Positions 39,516 to 53,732 of a stretch of DNA of 64,000 bases are shown piece by piece. The notes beneath the pieces were generated by a model that did no database searches, had not been told where the DNA came from, and saw only the letters and a program-made list of their open reading frames with translations. Origin of the DNA: Mobula hypostoma (lineage: Eukaryota); the NCBI RefSeq assembly GCF_963921235.1, contig NC_086097.1, forward strand, positions 30,568,001-30,632,000, written 5' to 3'. A program made the translations under genes and the position numbers. Position 1 is the first letter of the stretch; the number at the start of each line of letters is the position of its first letter.

Positions 39516-40399
39516 TCAAACCAACACCTCAAGTATAATCTGGTCTTCAAACTTTTCTTATTGACAAGACATCTTTCAAAGCTACTAAGCTTAAATGCCA
39601 GGGATCTTAAAATTATTGTCTTGGTCAGAACACCAGAACTAGGCTCTGAACAAACCTGTCAAACCTAAACCTACTCACGTCAAGCTTTCTATTAAACTTT
39701 TTCAGGTTCTAGGATTTCACTTTCTTCCTTCTCTCTTGAAGACTGGCTCCAGCATCTAATACAGTAACATCAATGACCACTTGTCAGACTCAACTCAATC
39801 AGTAGTGCTCCTTTACAGCAAGCTTCTCATGCCTACATTTCAAAGCAACACTTCTGGTGATCCAAGTTAGGCAATCATTCAACCCACTACAGCAATCGAT
39901 GTAATGGTATCGGATAAGTATATGAATAGGAGAAATTTTTCTACACTTCCCACTGCCTCAGTAAAACACCCCGCATAATCAAACACCCCATCTACGCTGG
40001 ATATTCTCCCTTCACCCCCACCCCATCAGACAGAAAATACAAAAAGCCTGAAAGCACGTACCACCAGGCTCCATGGACACCTTCTACCCACTGCTACAAG
40101 ACAAAATACGACTAAATGGACTTGACCTCAATAGTTCCCCAACACAATGAGATAGATTCTTGACCTCAATCTACCTCATTTTGACCTTGCACACTGCCAC
40201 CCTGCACTGCACTTTCTCTGTAACTGCAACACTTCGTTGTGTACTCTTATTGTGCTACCTTGTACTATCTCAACACACAATGATTCCAAAACAGCTACCT
40301 CCCCCTTCACCATCGGGTTTCCGAGCTGCCATGAATCCACAAACACCACTTCATTATTCCTTTTTATTTGTAATATTTATTTTATAACTTTCTTCCTTA

Positions 40400-40830
40400 A
40401 GGTTGTTATAGCCATGGTCGGCTATGGGGGACAAGTTCCCACTACCTATTAAATGCTCCCAATGGCGTGCGCCTCAAATAGACTCTGACAACCAAGTCCA
40501 GCTCCTGGCCTTCACGTGTGGCTTAGATACTAAACTACACCCATTCGGGAGTAAACCCTGAGGGAAGGCTTCGGGAGTAAACCCAGAAGGAAAAATCTGG
40601 AGCTGGAGTCCTACATTGAATTCAATGCAGACTGGCAACTCCTGCGATGCTGCTGGTACCAAACTGTATCGGTCTCCGTCGTTTCTTTGGGTTCATCAGT
40701 TGCGTGGAGAGGGGGGGAGCTTGCTACATGGGCAACGACTTGCTCTCCATATTGTACTGCCCAGGCTTACACATCTAGACAGCTAGGACACAATATCCAC
40801 GGTCAACCCTGACCAACAGAGGCCTCAGGC
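40400..40830 (+). mobile_element. GC-rich insertion, probable RTE-related non-autonomous element
   Basis: Sharp compositional break inside an AT-rich Rex/Babar tail; repeated gagtaaaccc motifs. Family assignment is from recollection only. Confidence 0.35.
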
Positions 40831-42089
40831 TCTGAATTTTATAACTTATACCAGTTAAAGTCATTGCATATATTTAAAGTGGGGATTCTCGATTAGCAAG
40901 GTCTTCAAAAGTTACAAGGAGAAGGCAGAAAAAAAGGGGTTGAGAGGGATAACAAATTAGCCAGGATTGAATGGCAAAGCAGACTTAATGTGCTAAATGG
41001 CCTAATTCTGCTCCAATATCTCATGGTCTCCACACTGTACTGCTGCCACATAAGAAACATCACAATCTAAGTTAGTGATAACACACCTGATTCTATTGCA
41101 ATGAAATCATCTGTCTGGATGGCATGGAAAACAGGTTTTCACTGTAGCTCAGTACATGTAACAATAATAAACCAATATAGCCACATGGTGGTTTTAGTAG
41201 TCAGCAGAGACACGGTGGGCCAAAAGGCATCCTTTGGCTTCATATCTCTTTGCAAGAGACAAAACACACCACCATCACTTCCTTTTTGCAACACTAGGTC
41301 AAGGATTAGAGGAAACTAACTCAGAAAAAAAAAGGGATGCGGAATTGGTGCCAAGCCAATCAGAAGTGATGTCAGGAAGCAGGTTTTTAAAACTGAGCTC
41401 TGCTCCTTATGAAAAATGTTCCGTCAATAGGTTAGATTATTCAGCAACTCTCTAGAGCACCAAAATTCCAGAAAATCCTGCTTTGAATTCTGATTACAGA
41501 GCCAGTTTTGGGAAAAATAAGCCTTTTGGAGGTTGTTGATCAAGTTAATGTGAATGATAAAGTCAGCCTCAAGGTTAACAGCAGCAAGAGAAAGCAAGAA
41601 CAGGAGAAATAAGTCACTAGACAGAGATATGATCGGCATCCTTTGAGGTCTGCTGCAAATAATTTGGGAAATACCAGACCCATCTCTGCAATAATGCTCC
41701 TTGGCTACCAGGACCAGAAAGCTGCTGAATTCCCAACCGAAATCCACCATGAAGTGTATCCATAAAGACAACTGCTGACCAAGTTTTTTTTAAAATATAA
41801 AAGCCATACTGTCTCTATCACATTTGAAATGAAAGGGTCTTCAGAAAGGGAAGCAGTCAAAATAAATGGGGAATTTCAGCCCTGGTAACTTACTGAAGTT
41901 TATCGGCTACTGAGATGGTATGGCAGCATAGTGGTTAATGTAATGACTCGGTGTCAGCAAATCAGGTTCAACTCTGCTCTAAGCCTGGACTAGATGGGCC
42001 AAAGGGTCCAATTCTGCACGGTAGTGCTCTGCGACTCTACAGGAACAAAGTAATTATGCTCACAAAATTGGAGTAAATGAAGACAGGAA

Positions 42090-43892
42090 ATGTCAGGGTA
42101 ACAGGAAAGATACTAGCACGGATAGAAGATCGGCTGACTGGTAGGAAATGAATGGGAATAAAGAGCCATTTTTGGCTGGCTGCCTGCCGATGACCAGTAG
42201 TTTTCTGCAGGGATCAAAGTTGGGAGGGTTTCTTTTCCACATTATACGTTAATGATTTGATTGACAGAATTGATGGATTTGTGGCCAAGTTTGCAGGCAA
42301 TACAAAGATAAGTACGGGGGGCAGGTAGTGCTGAGGAAGGACTGCATGCAGAAGGGGAATTAGTTTAGGGGAATTGGCAAAGAAGTGGCAGATGGAATAG
42401 TGTAGAGAAGCATATGGTCATGCACTTTGGTAGAAGGAATAAAAGCATAGACTACTTTCTAAACGGGGAGAAAATTCAGAAATCAGAGGTGCAAAGGGAC
42501 TTGGGAGTCCATGTGCAGGATTCCCTGAAGGTTAATTTACAGGTCGAGTCAGTGATAAGGAAGGCAAATGCAATGTTAGCACTCATTTTGAGAGGACATG
42601 AATACAAGAGCAAAGTAGTACACTGAGGCCTTATGAGGCATTGGTCAAACCACACTTGGGAGCATTGTGAGCAGTTTTGAGCCCCTTATCCAAGGAAAGA
42701 TGTGCTGGCATTGGAGAGGGTTCAGTGGAGGCCACAAGAATGATTCTGGGAATCAAAGTATCATGCATAAGGAGCATTTGATGACTCTGGGCTTGTACTC
42801 AAAGTTCACAGTAAATGTATTACCTAAGTACATACATGTTACATATACAACCCTGAGATTAATTTTCTTGTGGGCATACTCAATAAATCCAATACCATAA
42901 TAGAATAAAAGACCCCACCAACAGGATGGGCAACCAGTACGCAAAACAAACTACAAATACAAAAATGAAAAAATAGCAATACTAATAATAAATAAGCAAT
43001 AAATAGAGAACATGAGATAAAGCATCCTTGATAGTGAGCCCACAAGTAGTGGGAACTGTTCAGTGATGGGGCAAGTGAAGTGAAGTTATCCCGTCGGATT
43101 CAAGACCCTGATAGTTGAGGGGTAATAACTGTTCCTGAACCTGGTGATGAGAGTCTTGAGGCTCCTGTACCTTCTCCCTGATGACATCAGTGAGAAGAAA
43201 GCATGACCTGGCTGATTGGGTCCCTAATAATGGATGCTCCTTCCCTGCGACAACACTCCATGTAGATGTGCTCAGTGGAGGAGAGGGCTTTACCTGTGAT
43301 GACTGGGCTGTATCCACTACTTTTTGTATGATTTTCTGTTCAACAGCATTGGCAATTCCATACCAGGCTGTGATGCAGCCAGTCAATACACTCTTTACCA
43401 CATACTGTATCTGTAGAAGTTAGTCAAAGTTATAGATATCATGCTGAATCCTCACAAACTCCTAAGGAAGTAGAGGCGCTGCTGTACTTTTTTTTTGTAA
43501 TTGTACTTGCTTGTTGGGCCCAGGACAGATCCTCTGAAATTTTAACACCAAGGAATTTAAAGTCACTGACCCTCTCCACCTCTGATTCTCCCGATGAGCA
43601 GTGGCTCATGTACTGGCTCACTGGAGTTTAGAAGAATGAGGGGCAAATTTCATTGAAACCTATCAAATATTGAAAGGCCCAAATAGAGTAGATGTGAGAG
43701 TCTAGGACTAGTAGGGCACAATCTCAAAATACAGGGACATCCCTTTAGTACAGAGCTGAGGAAGAATTTCTTTAGCCAAAGGCAGCAAATCAGTGGAATT
43801 CATTACTACAGATGACTGTGGAGACTAAGTCACTGGGAATATTTAAAGCAGAGGTTGGCCTAATTCTGCTCCTATGTCTTGTGGTCTTATGG
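42090..43892 (+). mobile_element. CR1 LINE fragment split by a Rex/Babar insertion
   Basis: MVMHFGRRNKSIDYFLNGEKIQKSEVQRDLGV...; CR1 stops near 42800 (gggcttgtactc) and resumes near 43618 (tcactggagtttagaagaatgagg). Confidence 0.75.
42800..43610 (-). mobile_element. Rex1/Babar LINE 3' fragment
   Basis: VERVSDFKFLGVKISEDLSWAQQASTITKK and VKSVLTGCITAWYG...IQKVVDTAQ. Confidence 0.8.
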
Positions 43893-44204
43893 TAATCAGA
43901 TCATTTTCAGATAGGCAAGCTGCAACCAGGAGGTTGCTACACCTGTCAATGCTGGAATTCATCTTGAATTTAGAGAAGAAAGAGCCGATTGCAGACAAAC
44001 ATGCTACTAATGCAAAGGAATTATGGATTAAACAGCTTTATGCAGATCTGACAAATAAAGCATAATGTGGGGAAAATGTCAAAATATGACAGGACAAAGC
44101 TTCAAGGCAAGAACAAAGTTTAAAGCAGATGGCCAGGTAAGTTCTTTTTTTTGTACACAGTGGTGGGTACCTGGAATGTGCTGACAGGGCAAGTGGTGGA
44201 AACA

Positions 44205-44495
44205 GGTAGTGTAGTGGTTAGTACCACTGTTTTACAGTACCAGCCATCAATCAGGGTTCAATTCCCACTGCTGACTGTAAGGAGATTGTATGTTCTCCCT
44301 GTGATCATGTGGGTTTCCTCTGGGTGATCTGGTTTCTTCCTACATTCCAACACATACGGTTAGCAAGTTATGAGTGTTACGATGGCACCGGAAACGCTTG
44401 CGGGCTGCCCCAGCACAAACCTAACTAATTTGATCTTACATAAATGTCACATTTTGCTGTATATTTCAATGTACATGTGAGAAATAAAGCTAATT
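44205..44495 (+). mobile_element. V-SINE
   Basis: A-box-like tagtgtagtggtta, B-box-like ggttcaattccc, V domain and aaataaagctaat tail. Confidence 0.75.
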
Positions 44496-47400
44496 TATCA
44501 TAGTGGCATTTAAGCAGCATTTAGATAGGGACATGAACATGCAGGAAGTGGAGTGATTTGGACCATGAGCAATTCAATGGTATTAAATTTAATTTGACAT
44601 CATGGCTATTACAGAAATGCGTCCTGAAAGGCCTAGTCCTGAGCAATACTGTTATGTTCTCTGTAGCACACTGCTGTACAGAGATCTGGATGCCTTCATA
44701 CACAGTTAGCCTGCATGTACAGGTAGAGCAAATAATGAAATAGACTAATGGAATGCTGGCCTTTATTGTCAAAGAGATGCTGTATAATAAAAAGTCTAGC
44801 AACAACCGTACAGGGTGTTGACAAGACCTCACCTGAAGTACCGTGTGCAGCTTTTGCCTACTTAAGGAGGGATTTACCAGCATTAAAAGGCAGTTTACAG
44901 AAAGTTTATTCAGTTGATGCTGAGATGATTTTCCACTTATGGAGATATCTAGATTTGGGGGCTGTGCTTTCAGAGTAAGACTATTAAGACATAGGAGCAG
45001 AAACAATCCACTCGGCTCATCAAGCCTGCCCATCATACAGAAAGATATATTAAAGTGTTGATGGGTGGAGGGAACATGGATTCACTTTCAAGGACTCTTC
45101 ATCTCACATTCTTGATATTTATCGCTGATATATTATGAATATTTTTTTCCCTTTTGTACTTGCACAGTTCGTTGTCTTTTGCACATTGGTTATTTGTTCC
45201 TCCTGCTGGGTGCGGTCATTCATTGATTCTATTCTGTTTCTTGTATTTACTGTGAATGTCCACAAGTAAATGAATCTCAGGGTTATAATATGGTGACACA
45301 TGCGCATTGATAAATTTATTTTGAACTATGAAGGAGAGATTCACATGACAGAAACATCTATTTAGGTTGATCTGAAGAGCCTGTTTCTGCGCAGTAAATA
45401 AAAAAAACACTATAAGATTGTGCAACATGATCCAGACATGATTCCACTGCAATGAGAGAAGAGAAGGAAAATAGTAAGTAATAGTGGAATGGAGAATCAA
45501 AGACTACTCAGCACACAGCACGAACTACTATTATTGATGGCTGGAAGGGCTCCAACACCATTAAGATTAATGGTTAGCTTTATTTATCACATGTACATCA
45601 AAACAGTGAAATGCAGCATTATCATTAACGACCAAGGCTGGGTATAACCTACAAGAGTCACCATGCTTCTGGTGCCAACACAGCATGCCCACAACTCACT
45701 AACCTTAACCTATACGACTTTAAAATGTGGGAGGAAACTGGAGCACCTGGAGGAAAACCATGCAGTCACAGGGAAAACATACAAAAACTCCTTATCGTCA
45801 GTGACAGAAATTAGGAGGATAAGTTGAGAGCGCTTTTTTCTCTGGAGTGGAGGAGAATGAGAGGCAACTTGTTAGAGGTGTAGATGATAAGAGGAAAAGT
45901 TAGAGTGGAGAGCTGGAGACATTCCACCCCCTCCAGACAAAAATGGTTAACATGAGGGGTCATATACAAGGTGACTGGAGGAAGGTACGGGGGGGTGGGG
46001 GGAGAGAGCAGAAGAGAATCTGGTAAATTTATTATTTACGTTTGTATTTTTTTTAAAAAACAGAGTGGTAGGTCTGTGAAATGCCCTGCCAGTAGTGTGG
46101 TAGAGACAGATACATTAGAGACATTTAAGAAACTCTTAGACAGGCACATGGATGAAAGAAATGTGTTGGGCTATGTGGCAGGGAAGAGTTAGACTGATCT
46201 TAGAGAAGATAAATGTTCAGCACAACATGGTGAGTCAAAGGGTCTGTGCTGTACTGTTCTATATGCTGTAAACATTGGTAGTGCCCTTGTCCAACCACCC
46301 CCCACATTACAATGAATTGTGCATTGACTACAACAGACTGCCCAAAGAGTCAAAGTTTTGTTCCTCCATAGGACAAAAAAGAGATCAACTACCAGTACTG
46401 GTGTAGTGGAATCCTTCCGTCAGACCACATTTCATTTCATGATGATCGTCATCTTAATTCATGCTTGGAGATAGAAGGTGCCATTTCTCACTGGTTTGAT
46501 TTCAACACTTATGAGAAGTTCAGATAAGTACATGGATGGATGGGGGGGGGAGTGGGTGGTCTAGGCTAGGCAGAACAGTTCAGCATGGACTAGAAGGGCA
46601 TGTTTCTCTGCTGCAGAGCTCTATGACTAGGTAAAGAGAAAATCAATTCAGCTAAGAGCTGTGGGGGTGGCGGGGGCGGGGAGGGAGGAGCACGAGCCAG
46701 TCAAGAAAATGAGCGAGTGCGAGGGGGGGGGGAGAGGAGAAGAAAGTAAGGCTTTAACAATGTACCAGGAGATACAGGTGACTTGTGTGAAGAGATAGGA
46801 TAGATTTGTTGGGCTGAATGGCCTGATTACACCATGTAACTCCATGTTCTGCAATTCTATTTAAGATACACTAGAAAATTGTAAATCTGGAAAGGAGAAA
46901 ACCCCTCCTAGTGATCACCATCATCTCAGCTGCATGAAATGTGAAAGGAGGCTCCACAAGGCATTCTGGTTTTGGACCTTTCAACAGGTTATTCTGAACA
47001 CGAGGTTCAAATTTAGATCAGCATGGAGCAAAAACTGGCAGCCGATCATCCTGGATGGAAACACAACAGCTGCACCACACAAGCACGCAATGAAAGATCG
47101 AGGGGTGGGCTTTTATCTTAAGCTGTTTGAATCCACACTTAGAAACTGGGCTTTAAATACATCTTTTGGCCCCACTTTACATTTATTAATAGAGAACACA
47201 CTTTTTGTCCTCCATGCATTACCGATCAGATTAGGATACATCAACCCTAAACACAAAAAGGCAAATAAGTCAGGATACAAAAGGAGAATGTTGAAGCTCT
47301 TACAGAAATGCTCAAATCTGCTCTAGCTACAGGTGAGGTATCAGATGACTGGAGGGCAGCAAATACGGGATCTTTACCCAAGGGCAGAAAGGATAAGATA

Positions 47401-48392
47401 ATTACAGGCCAGTGGGTCAAACATCAGTGAAATTTTTGGTAGAATTGTAAGGGACAAAATTAATCTGCACTTGGAGAGGCAAGAATTGATCAGGATACTC
47501 AGTGTGCTTTCGTAGCAGTAGGGGTGTTGTGATGAAGTTGTATAGACGTTGGTGAGGCCTAATTTAGCGTATACTGTGCAGTTCAGCTCACTAACCTACA
47601 GGAAAAACAAGTAAGTTTAAAAAAGTAGGAAGAAAAGATTCACAAGGATGTTACCAAGAGTTAGGAGAAGGTTGAATAGATTAGGACTTTACTTCCTAGA
47701 GTGTAAGAGAATGAGGGGAGATTTGATAGAGGTATACAAAACTATGAGTATAGCCAGGGTAAATATCAGCAGAATTTTTCCACTGAGGTTGGGTGACACT
47801 AGAGGTCAAGGGTTAAGGGTGAAAGGTGAAATGTTTAAGTGGAACACGAGGGGGAATTTCTTCAGAGGGTGGTGACAGCAGAAGTGGTAACATTATTCTC
47901 CATTTCCTTTTAGCTGTCTCTTTGATTCTCCATCACCACCATTTATTTATTGTATTTTCATCAAAACAGTGAAATGCATAGCAAAATAGTGACTAACGCT
48001 ATAAAATTAGGAGTCAATTCCTGCTGTCTGTATGGAGAGCATACGTTCTTCCATGGTCACATGGGTTTCCTCCAGGTGCTCCAATTTCTTTCTATATCCC
48101 AAAGACACAAGGGGTTGGGTTGGCGCCAGAAGCATAGTAACATAGCATGCCCAGCACAGTTCTCGCAAATAAGATTTTCCACAGATGACACATTTCACTG
48201 TACATGTGACAAATAAAGCCAATCTAATTTCTCAATCTCTTAACCCAATGATGTGCTGGGGTAGACAGCAAGAGTCATCATACATTCTGGTGCCAAAACA
48301 GCATTCCCACAATGTTCAGCAGAACAAGGAACTATAAAAGCAAAAGTAAAACAACCCCTTTCCCACCCCCTCACAAACAAGCCTTCAACCCT

Positions 48393-48468
48393 GGCCTGCT
48401 GCGTTCACCGGCTACTTTGATGTGTGTTGCTTGAATTTCCAGCATCTGCAGAATTCCTGTTGTTTGCG
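48393..48468 (+). mobile_element. Short 5'-truncated copy of the Penelope-like element
   Basis: Matches 15463-15537; 9-bp TSD ttcaaccct at 48384-48392 and 48469-48477. Confidence 0.75.
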
Positions 48469-48974
48469 TTCAACCCTTTGCAACTGCTTTTGCTTCCCCT
48501 CCAGTGCCCACCACACAAACACAGATCTTACTTTTTCCCCTTCCCTCAACTATTCCCAAGCCAATGAATGAGACTAACTTTGTTGAAAGAACTCCATTTG
48601 GATAAATTCTATGGAGAGAGGAACAAACTACACGCTGGAAGAACTCCACAGGTCACGCAGCATCTCAACAGATCCCTCATCCCGAAATGTCAACTGTCTA
48701 TTCCTCTCCACAGATGCTGTCTGACCTACTGAGCACTTCCAGCCTTTTGTGTATGTTGCACAAAAGTTCCAGCATCTGCAGAATCTCATGTTTATGGAAC
48801 ACTTTGAGAATGTGCACTTTTGTTATAAAACTGTTGGAATTTACGCCTTTCAGATGAGATGTTAAATTAGGACCTAATTTTCCCCACAGGGATGCAAACA
48901 ATCTCACAGCTTTTTTGCAAGAAATGTGGGATCTCTCTGTATACTGCTGAGAGCCAAATTTCTTTAGTCAATCT

Positions 48975-50612
48975 TAGGGATGATTTACAGTGGATTGAAA
49001 AGCTTGAGCATATAAACATTAAGAAAGAGGATGTGCTGCAGCTCTGGGAAAGCATCAAACTGGATAAGTCACTGGGACCGGACAAAATATACCCCAGGCT
49101 ACAATGGGAGGTGAGGGAGGAGATTGCTGCGCCTCTGGCAATGATCTTTGCATCATCAATGGGGATGGAAGAGGTTCCAGAGGATTGGAGGGTTGCAGAT
49201 GTTGCTCACTTATTCAAGAAAGGAAATAGGCCAGGAAATTATAGACCAGTGAGTCTTACTTCAGTGGTTGGTAAACTGTTGGAGAAGATCCTGAGAGGCA
49301 GGATTTATCAACATTTGGAGAGGCATAATATGATTAGGAATAGTCAGCACGGCTTTGTCAAAGACAGGTCGTGCCTTATGAGCCTGATTGAATTTTTTTG
49401 AGGATGTGACTAAACACATTGATGAAGGTAGAGCAGTAGATGTAGTGTACATGGATTTCAGCAAGGCATTTGATAAGGTACCCTATGCAAGGCTTATTGA
49501 GAAATTAAGGAGGCATGGGATCCAAGAGGACCTTGCTTTATGGATCCAGAATTGGCTTGCCTAACAGAAGACAAAGAGTGGTTGCAGACGGGTCATATTC
49601 TGAATGGAGGGTGACCAGTGGTGTGCCTCAGGCTCTGTTCTGGGACCTCTCCTCTTCATGAATTTTATAAATGACCTTGATGAGGAAATGGAAGGATGGC
49701 TTAGTAAATTTGCTGATGACACAAAGGTTGGAGGTGTTGTGGATAGTGTGTAGAGCTGTCAGAGGTTACAGTGGGACATCGACAGGATGCAAAACTGGGC
49801 TGAGAAGTGGCAGATGGAGTTCAACCCAGATAAGTGTGAGGTGGCTCATTTCAGTAGGTCAAATATGATGGCAGAATATAGTATTAACGGTAAGACTCTT
49901 GGCAGTGTGGAGGATCAGAGGGATCTTTGGGTCTGAGTCCATAGGACACTCAAAGCTGCAGCGCAGGTTGAATCTGTGGTTAAGAAGGCATACAGTGCAT
50001 TGGCCTTCATCAGTTGTTGGATTGAGTTCAGGAGCAGAGAGGTAATGTTGCAGCTGTATCGAACCTTGGTCAGACCCTATTTTGAGTACTGTGCTCAGTT
50101 CTGGTCACCTCACTACAGGATGTGGAAACTATAGAAAGGCTGCAGAGGAGATTTACAAGGATGTTGCCTGGATTGGGGAGCATGCCTCATGTGAATAGGT
50201 TGAGTGAACTTGGCCTTTTCTCCTTGGATCGATGGAGAATGAGAGGTGACCTGATAAGAGGTGCATAAAGATGACGAGAGGCATTGATCATGTGAATAGT
50301 CAAGAGGCTCTTTCCTAGGGCTGAAATGGCTAACACGAGAGGGCACAGTTTTAAGGTGCTTGGAAGTAGGTACAGAGGGGATTGTCAGGGGTAAGTTTTT
50401 TTTTATGCAGAGAGTGGTGAGTGCGTGGAATGGGCTGCCGGCGACTGTGGTAGAGGCAGATACATTAGGGTCTTTTAAGAGGCTCCTGGATAGGTACATG
50501 GAGTTTAGAAAAATAGAGGGCTATGGGTAATCCTAGGTAATTTCTAAAGTACATCTTTGGCACAGCATTGTGGCCAAAGGGCCTGTATTGTGCTGTAGGT
50601 TTTCTATGTTTC
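48975..50612 (+). mobile_element. CR1 LINE, longest copy; ORF2 RT domain with frameshifts and stops
   Basis: KSLGPDKIYPRL...PEDWRVADV...GNYRPVSLTSVVGKLLEKI...SQHGF, then VYMDFSKAFDKV, SGVPQ and SKFADDTK motifs; ends in tttctatgttt tail. Confidence 0.95.
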
Positions 50613-52914
50613 CATCACTAAGCTTCAAAGGCCTGTAAATTGCTTTGGGATCTGAGGTAGTGTATGAATTCAGTTTTGTTCTGGGCCATACAGTAACTGG
50701 ACATTGAAACATAGGTGGCATTGTGATGTAGTAGTTAAAACAACACTTTACCATAAGACCATTACAGTGACAGTGATCTGGGCTTAACTCCACTGCTGTC
50801 TGTAAGGAGTTTGTACATTCTCTCTGTGGCTGTGTAGGTTTCCTCAGAGTACGGCAGTTTCCATCCACATCCCAGAAACATACAGGTTAGGATTAGCAAG
50901 CTGTGGGCACGTGTGACAATTCAATATAATTTTTAAATCACAGCACCATGGACTGAATAGACTGAAGGATATGAGAGAGGGTGCATGTGTGTGTGTCTAA
51001 GGTGTAGGAAGCCACATCGTAGACAGCGTGGTTGGACTATAAAAAGGGGCTCTATTAAAAGGATCAGGCCAGTCCACTAAAAGGAACTATATTCTGTTCT
51101 AATTATATCACCAATATATACAGATCATCAAACCGCAGCATGGAGATAAAAGTATTGGCAGGGCCTGGTGTTGACAATCTCAATGTATGTGTAACACACT
51201 TTGGCCGGAATGTAACCCCGAGGTCCAAGATATCATGGAGGGCTGAAGGAAAAGTCCCTACTTTGCATCACTCAACCAATGCCCAACTCATATTGGATGC
51301 AAGAAACTTGGTGTTCAAAGTATTTGCCATGTGATTAATCATTCTTCAAGATGACAAACCATCCATTTTGCTGGAGGAACTCAGTAGATCAGGCAGCATT
51401 TATGGGAGGGAATACCAGTTGATGTTTCAGGCTGTGACCCTTCATCAAAGTGTGCAAAGAGCACAAAGGGCAAAGAAAAGTGTTGCAATGAGACATAACA
51501 CTCACCTGCTTTTTTAAAAATATATATTTCATTACAATCTCAAGCTTCCAAACTACTGTAAGAGTCAATGGAAAATGAATGAAATTATGTCAATATTGTC
51601 TCGTCCAGGGACACTTGAGATCTATAGTAACTAAGCTGTCACGAGTGTTATTTATGCCTTAGCAGCACTGTCAGGTCAAATTAAAAAAATTATCGGTTTG
51701 AGGCTCACTCCAGACTCTGCAACAGAAGCCAGCTTCTGGAATACTAATGTCAATGCCACTTCTCCATTGAGATACTGAGCCAATGCTCTGCTGCTTAATT
51801 ACAAAAGATCCCATTTTCAAGTGAGAAATCCCACCAACTACCCTAGCCCACGTTTATTAATATTAATTTCAAGACTGTACTGCAACTCAGTGGTGTAGGG
51901 GTTAGCATAACGCTTTACAGTGCTGACTGCAAGATCGGAGTTCAAATCCCGGTGCAGTCTGTAAGGGGTTTGTACATTCATCCTATGAATGCGTGGAGTT
52001 CCTCCAACATTCCAAAACATACCAGTTAGGGTTCACGAGTTTATGGACACGCTATGTTGACAATGAAAGCGTAGCGACGCTTGAGGTCTGCTCAGGATAA
52101 TCCTGATTTGATGCAAAGGATACATTTCATTGCATGTTTCAATAAACAGGACAAATAAAACTCATTTTTATTTGTGGGAAATGAGTGCAAATCCTAAATT
52201 ATAACAGCAACATTTACTGCAAAGGGAGCTTCACTGACCCTAAAATACACCAAAACATGAGAAGTGTAGTGGAAATCTTTAATTCCAACCTGGATCAGCC
52301 ATGAATGCTCCCACAAAGAATCCAGTATATTTCAATGTTTCAAGTGTCCTGCTCCTACTCTCCCTTCTCTCTCCTTCTGACCTGCCTAGTTCCTCCTACA
52401 CCCACCCTAATCACCATCATCCTGTTTCCTTCCTCCACCCCCGCCACCCACTTCATCTGCCCATCACCCACACACCCCCACTAGGACCCCCTCTACTATT
52501 CAGAGTGGAGCAGTCTCGTTTGCTATCGGACTTAACCAGACAAATCACTCCACCAATTAAGAACAGCCATGATGCACCACAAGCCACAGAATCAAGAAAG
52601 AGCTATCAACCTACTGTGTCATGGCTGGGTGAGGTCTCCCGTGTTGAGTCAAGTTAAGCCGCAAGCCCTACTCCTGGATGGCTGTGAAAACCAAATCATG
52701 GTTGGATATATTTGAAATGGTGGTTGATGGGTTCTTGATTAAAGACATCAAAGGTTACGGGAAGAAGATACGAGAATGGGGTTGAGAGGGATAATAAATC
52801 ATTCATGATGGAATGGAGGAGCAGACTTGATGGGCTAAACAACCTAATTCTGCTCCTTTGTCTTATGGTCTCTCTGAATTCCATGTTCCATCTTTCTCTC
52901 CCATCCACTTTCAT

Positions 52915-53732
52915 CATAGAAACAGAAAACCTACAGCACAATACAGGCTCCGCGGCCAAAAAAGCTGCGCCGAACATATCCTTACCTGAGAGATAACCTA
53001 GGGTTACCCATAGCCCTCTATTTTTCTGAGCTCCATATACCTGTCCAGGAGTCTCTTAAAAGACCCTATCATATCCACCTCCACCACCGTTGCCGGCAGC
53101 CCATTCCACACACTCACCACCCTCTGCGTAAAAAAACTTACCCCTGACATCCCCTCTGTACCTACTTCCAAGCACCTTAAAACTGTGCCCTCTTGTGCTA
53201 GCCATTTCAGCCCTGGAAAAAAGCCTCGGACTATCCACACGATCAATGCCTCTCATCATCCTATACACCTCTAACAGGTCACCTCTCATCCTCCGTCGCT
53301 CCAAGGAGAAAAGGCCGAGTTCACTCAACCTATTCTCATAAGGCATGCTCCCCAATCCGGGCAACGTCCTTGTAAATCTCCTCTGCACCCTTCCTATGGT
53401 TTCCACATCCTTCCTATACAGCTGCAACATTACTTCTCGGCTCCTAAACTCAATCTCACGATTGATGAAGGCCAACGCACAATATGCTTTCTTAACCACA
53501 GAGTCAACCTGCGCAGCAGCTTTGAGTGTCCAATGGACTCGGACCCCAAGATCCCTCTGATCCTCCACACTGCCAAGAGCCTTACCATTAATACTATATT
53601 CTGTCATATTTGACCTACCAAAACGAACCACCTCACACTTATCTCGGTTGAACTCCATCTGCCACTTCTCAGCCCATTTTTGCATCCTATCAATGTCCCG
53701 CTGTAACCTCTGACAGCCCTCCACAGTATCTA
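52915..53732 (-). mobile_element. CR1 LINE 3' fragment, same subfamily as 48975-50612
   Basis: ORF 53056-53748 LQRDIDRMQKWAEKWQMEFN...LFSLERRRMRGDLLEVY; short internal deletion relative to the plus-strand copy. Confidence 0.92.

Noticed and set aside
46934..47326. 130-aa ORF in apparently non-repetitive sequence
   Set aside because: No recognisable domain, antisense to the Jagged gene, and it runs into a CR1 fragment; likely chance.
48892..49401. 169-aa ORF with RT motifs as an intact reverse transcriptase
   Set aside because: 5'-truncated CR1; frameshift near 49400 and stops downstream.
51497..51520. CAG/GTGAGT on the minus strand as a recursive splice site or exon end (similar AG/GT near 26690)
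   Set aside because: No polypyrimidine tract directly upstream and no coding signal.
51890..51960. tRNA gene
   Set aside because: A/B-box-like head continues into a V-SINE body; no complete cloverleaf.
52173..52180. RBPJ/CSL-like site TGTGGGAA (Notch feedback)
   Set aside because: Single 8-mer adjacent to a SINE tail; expected by chance in 64 kb and not paired.
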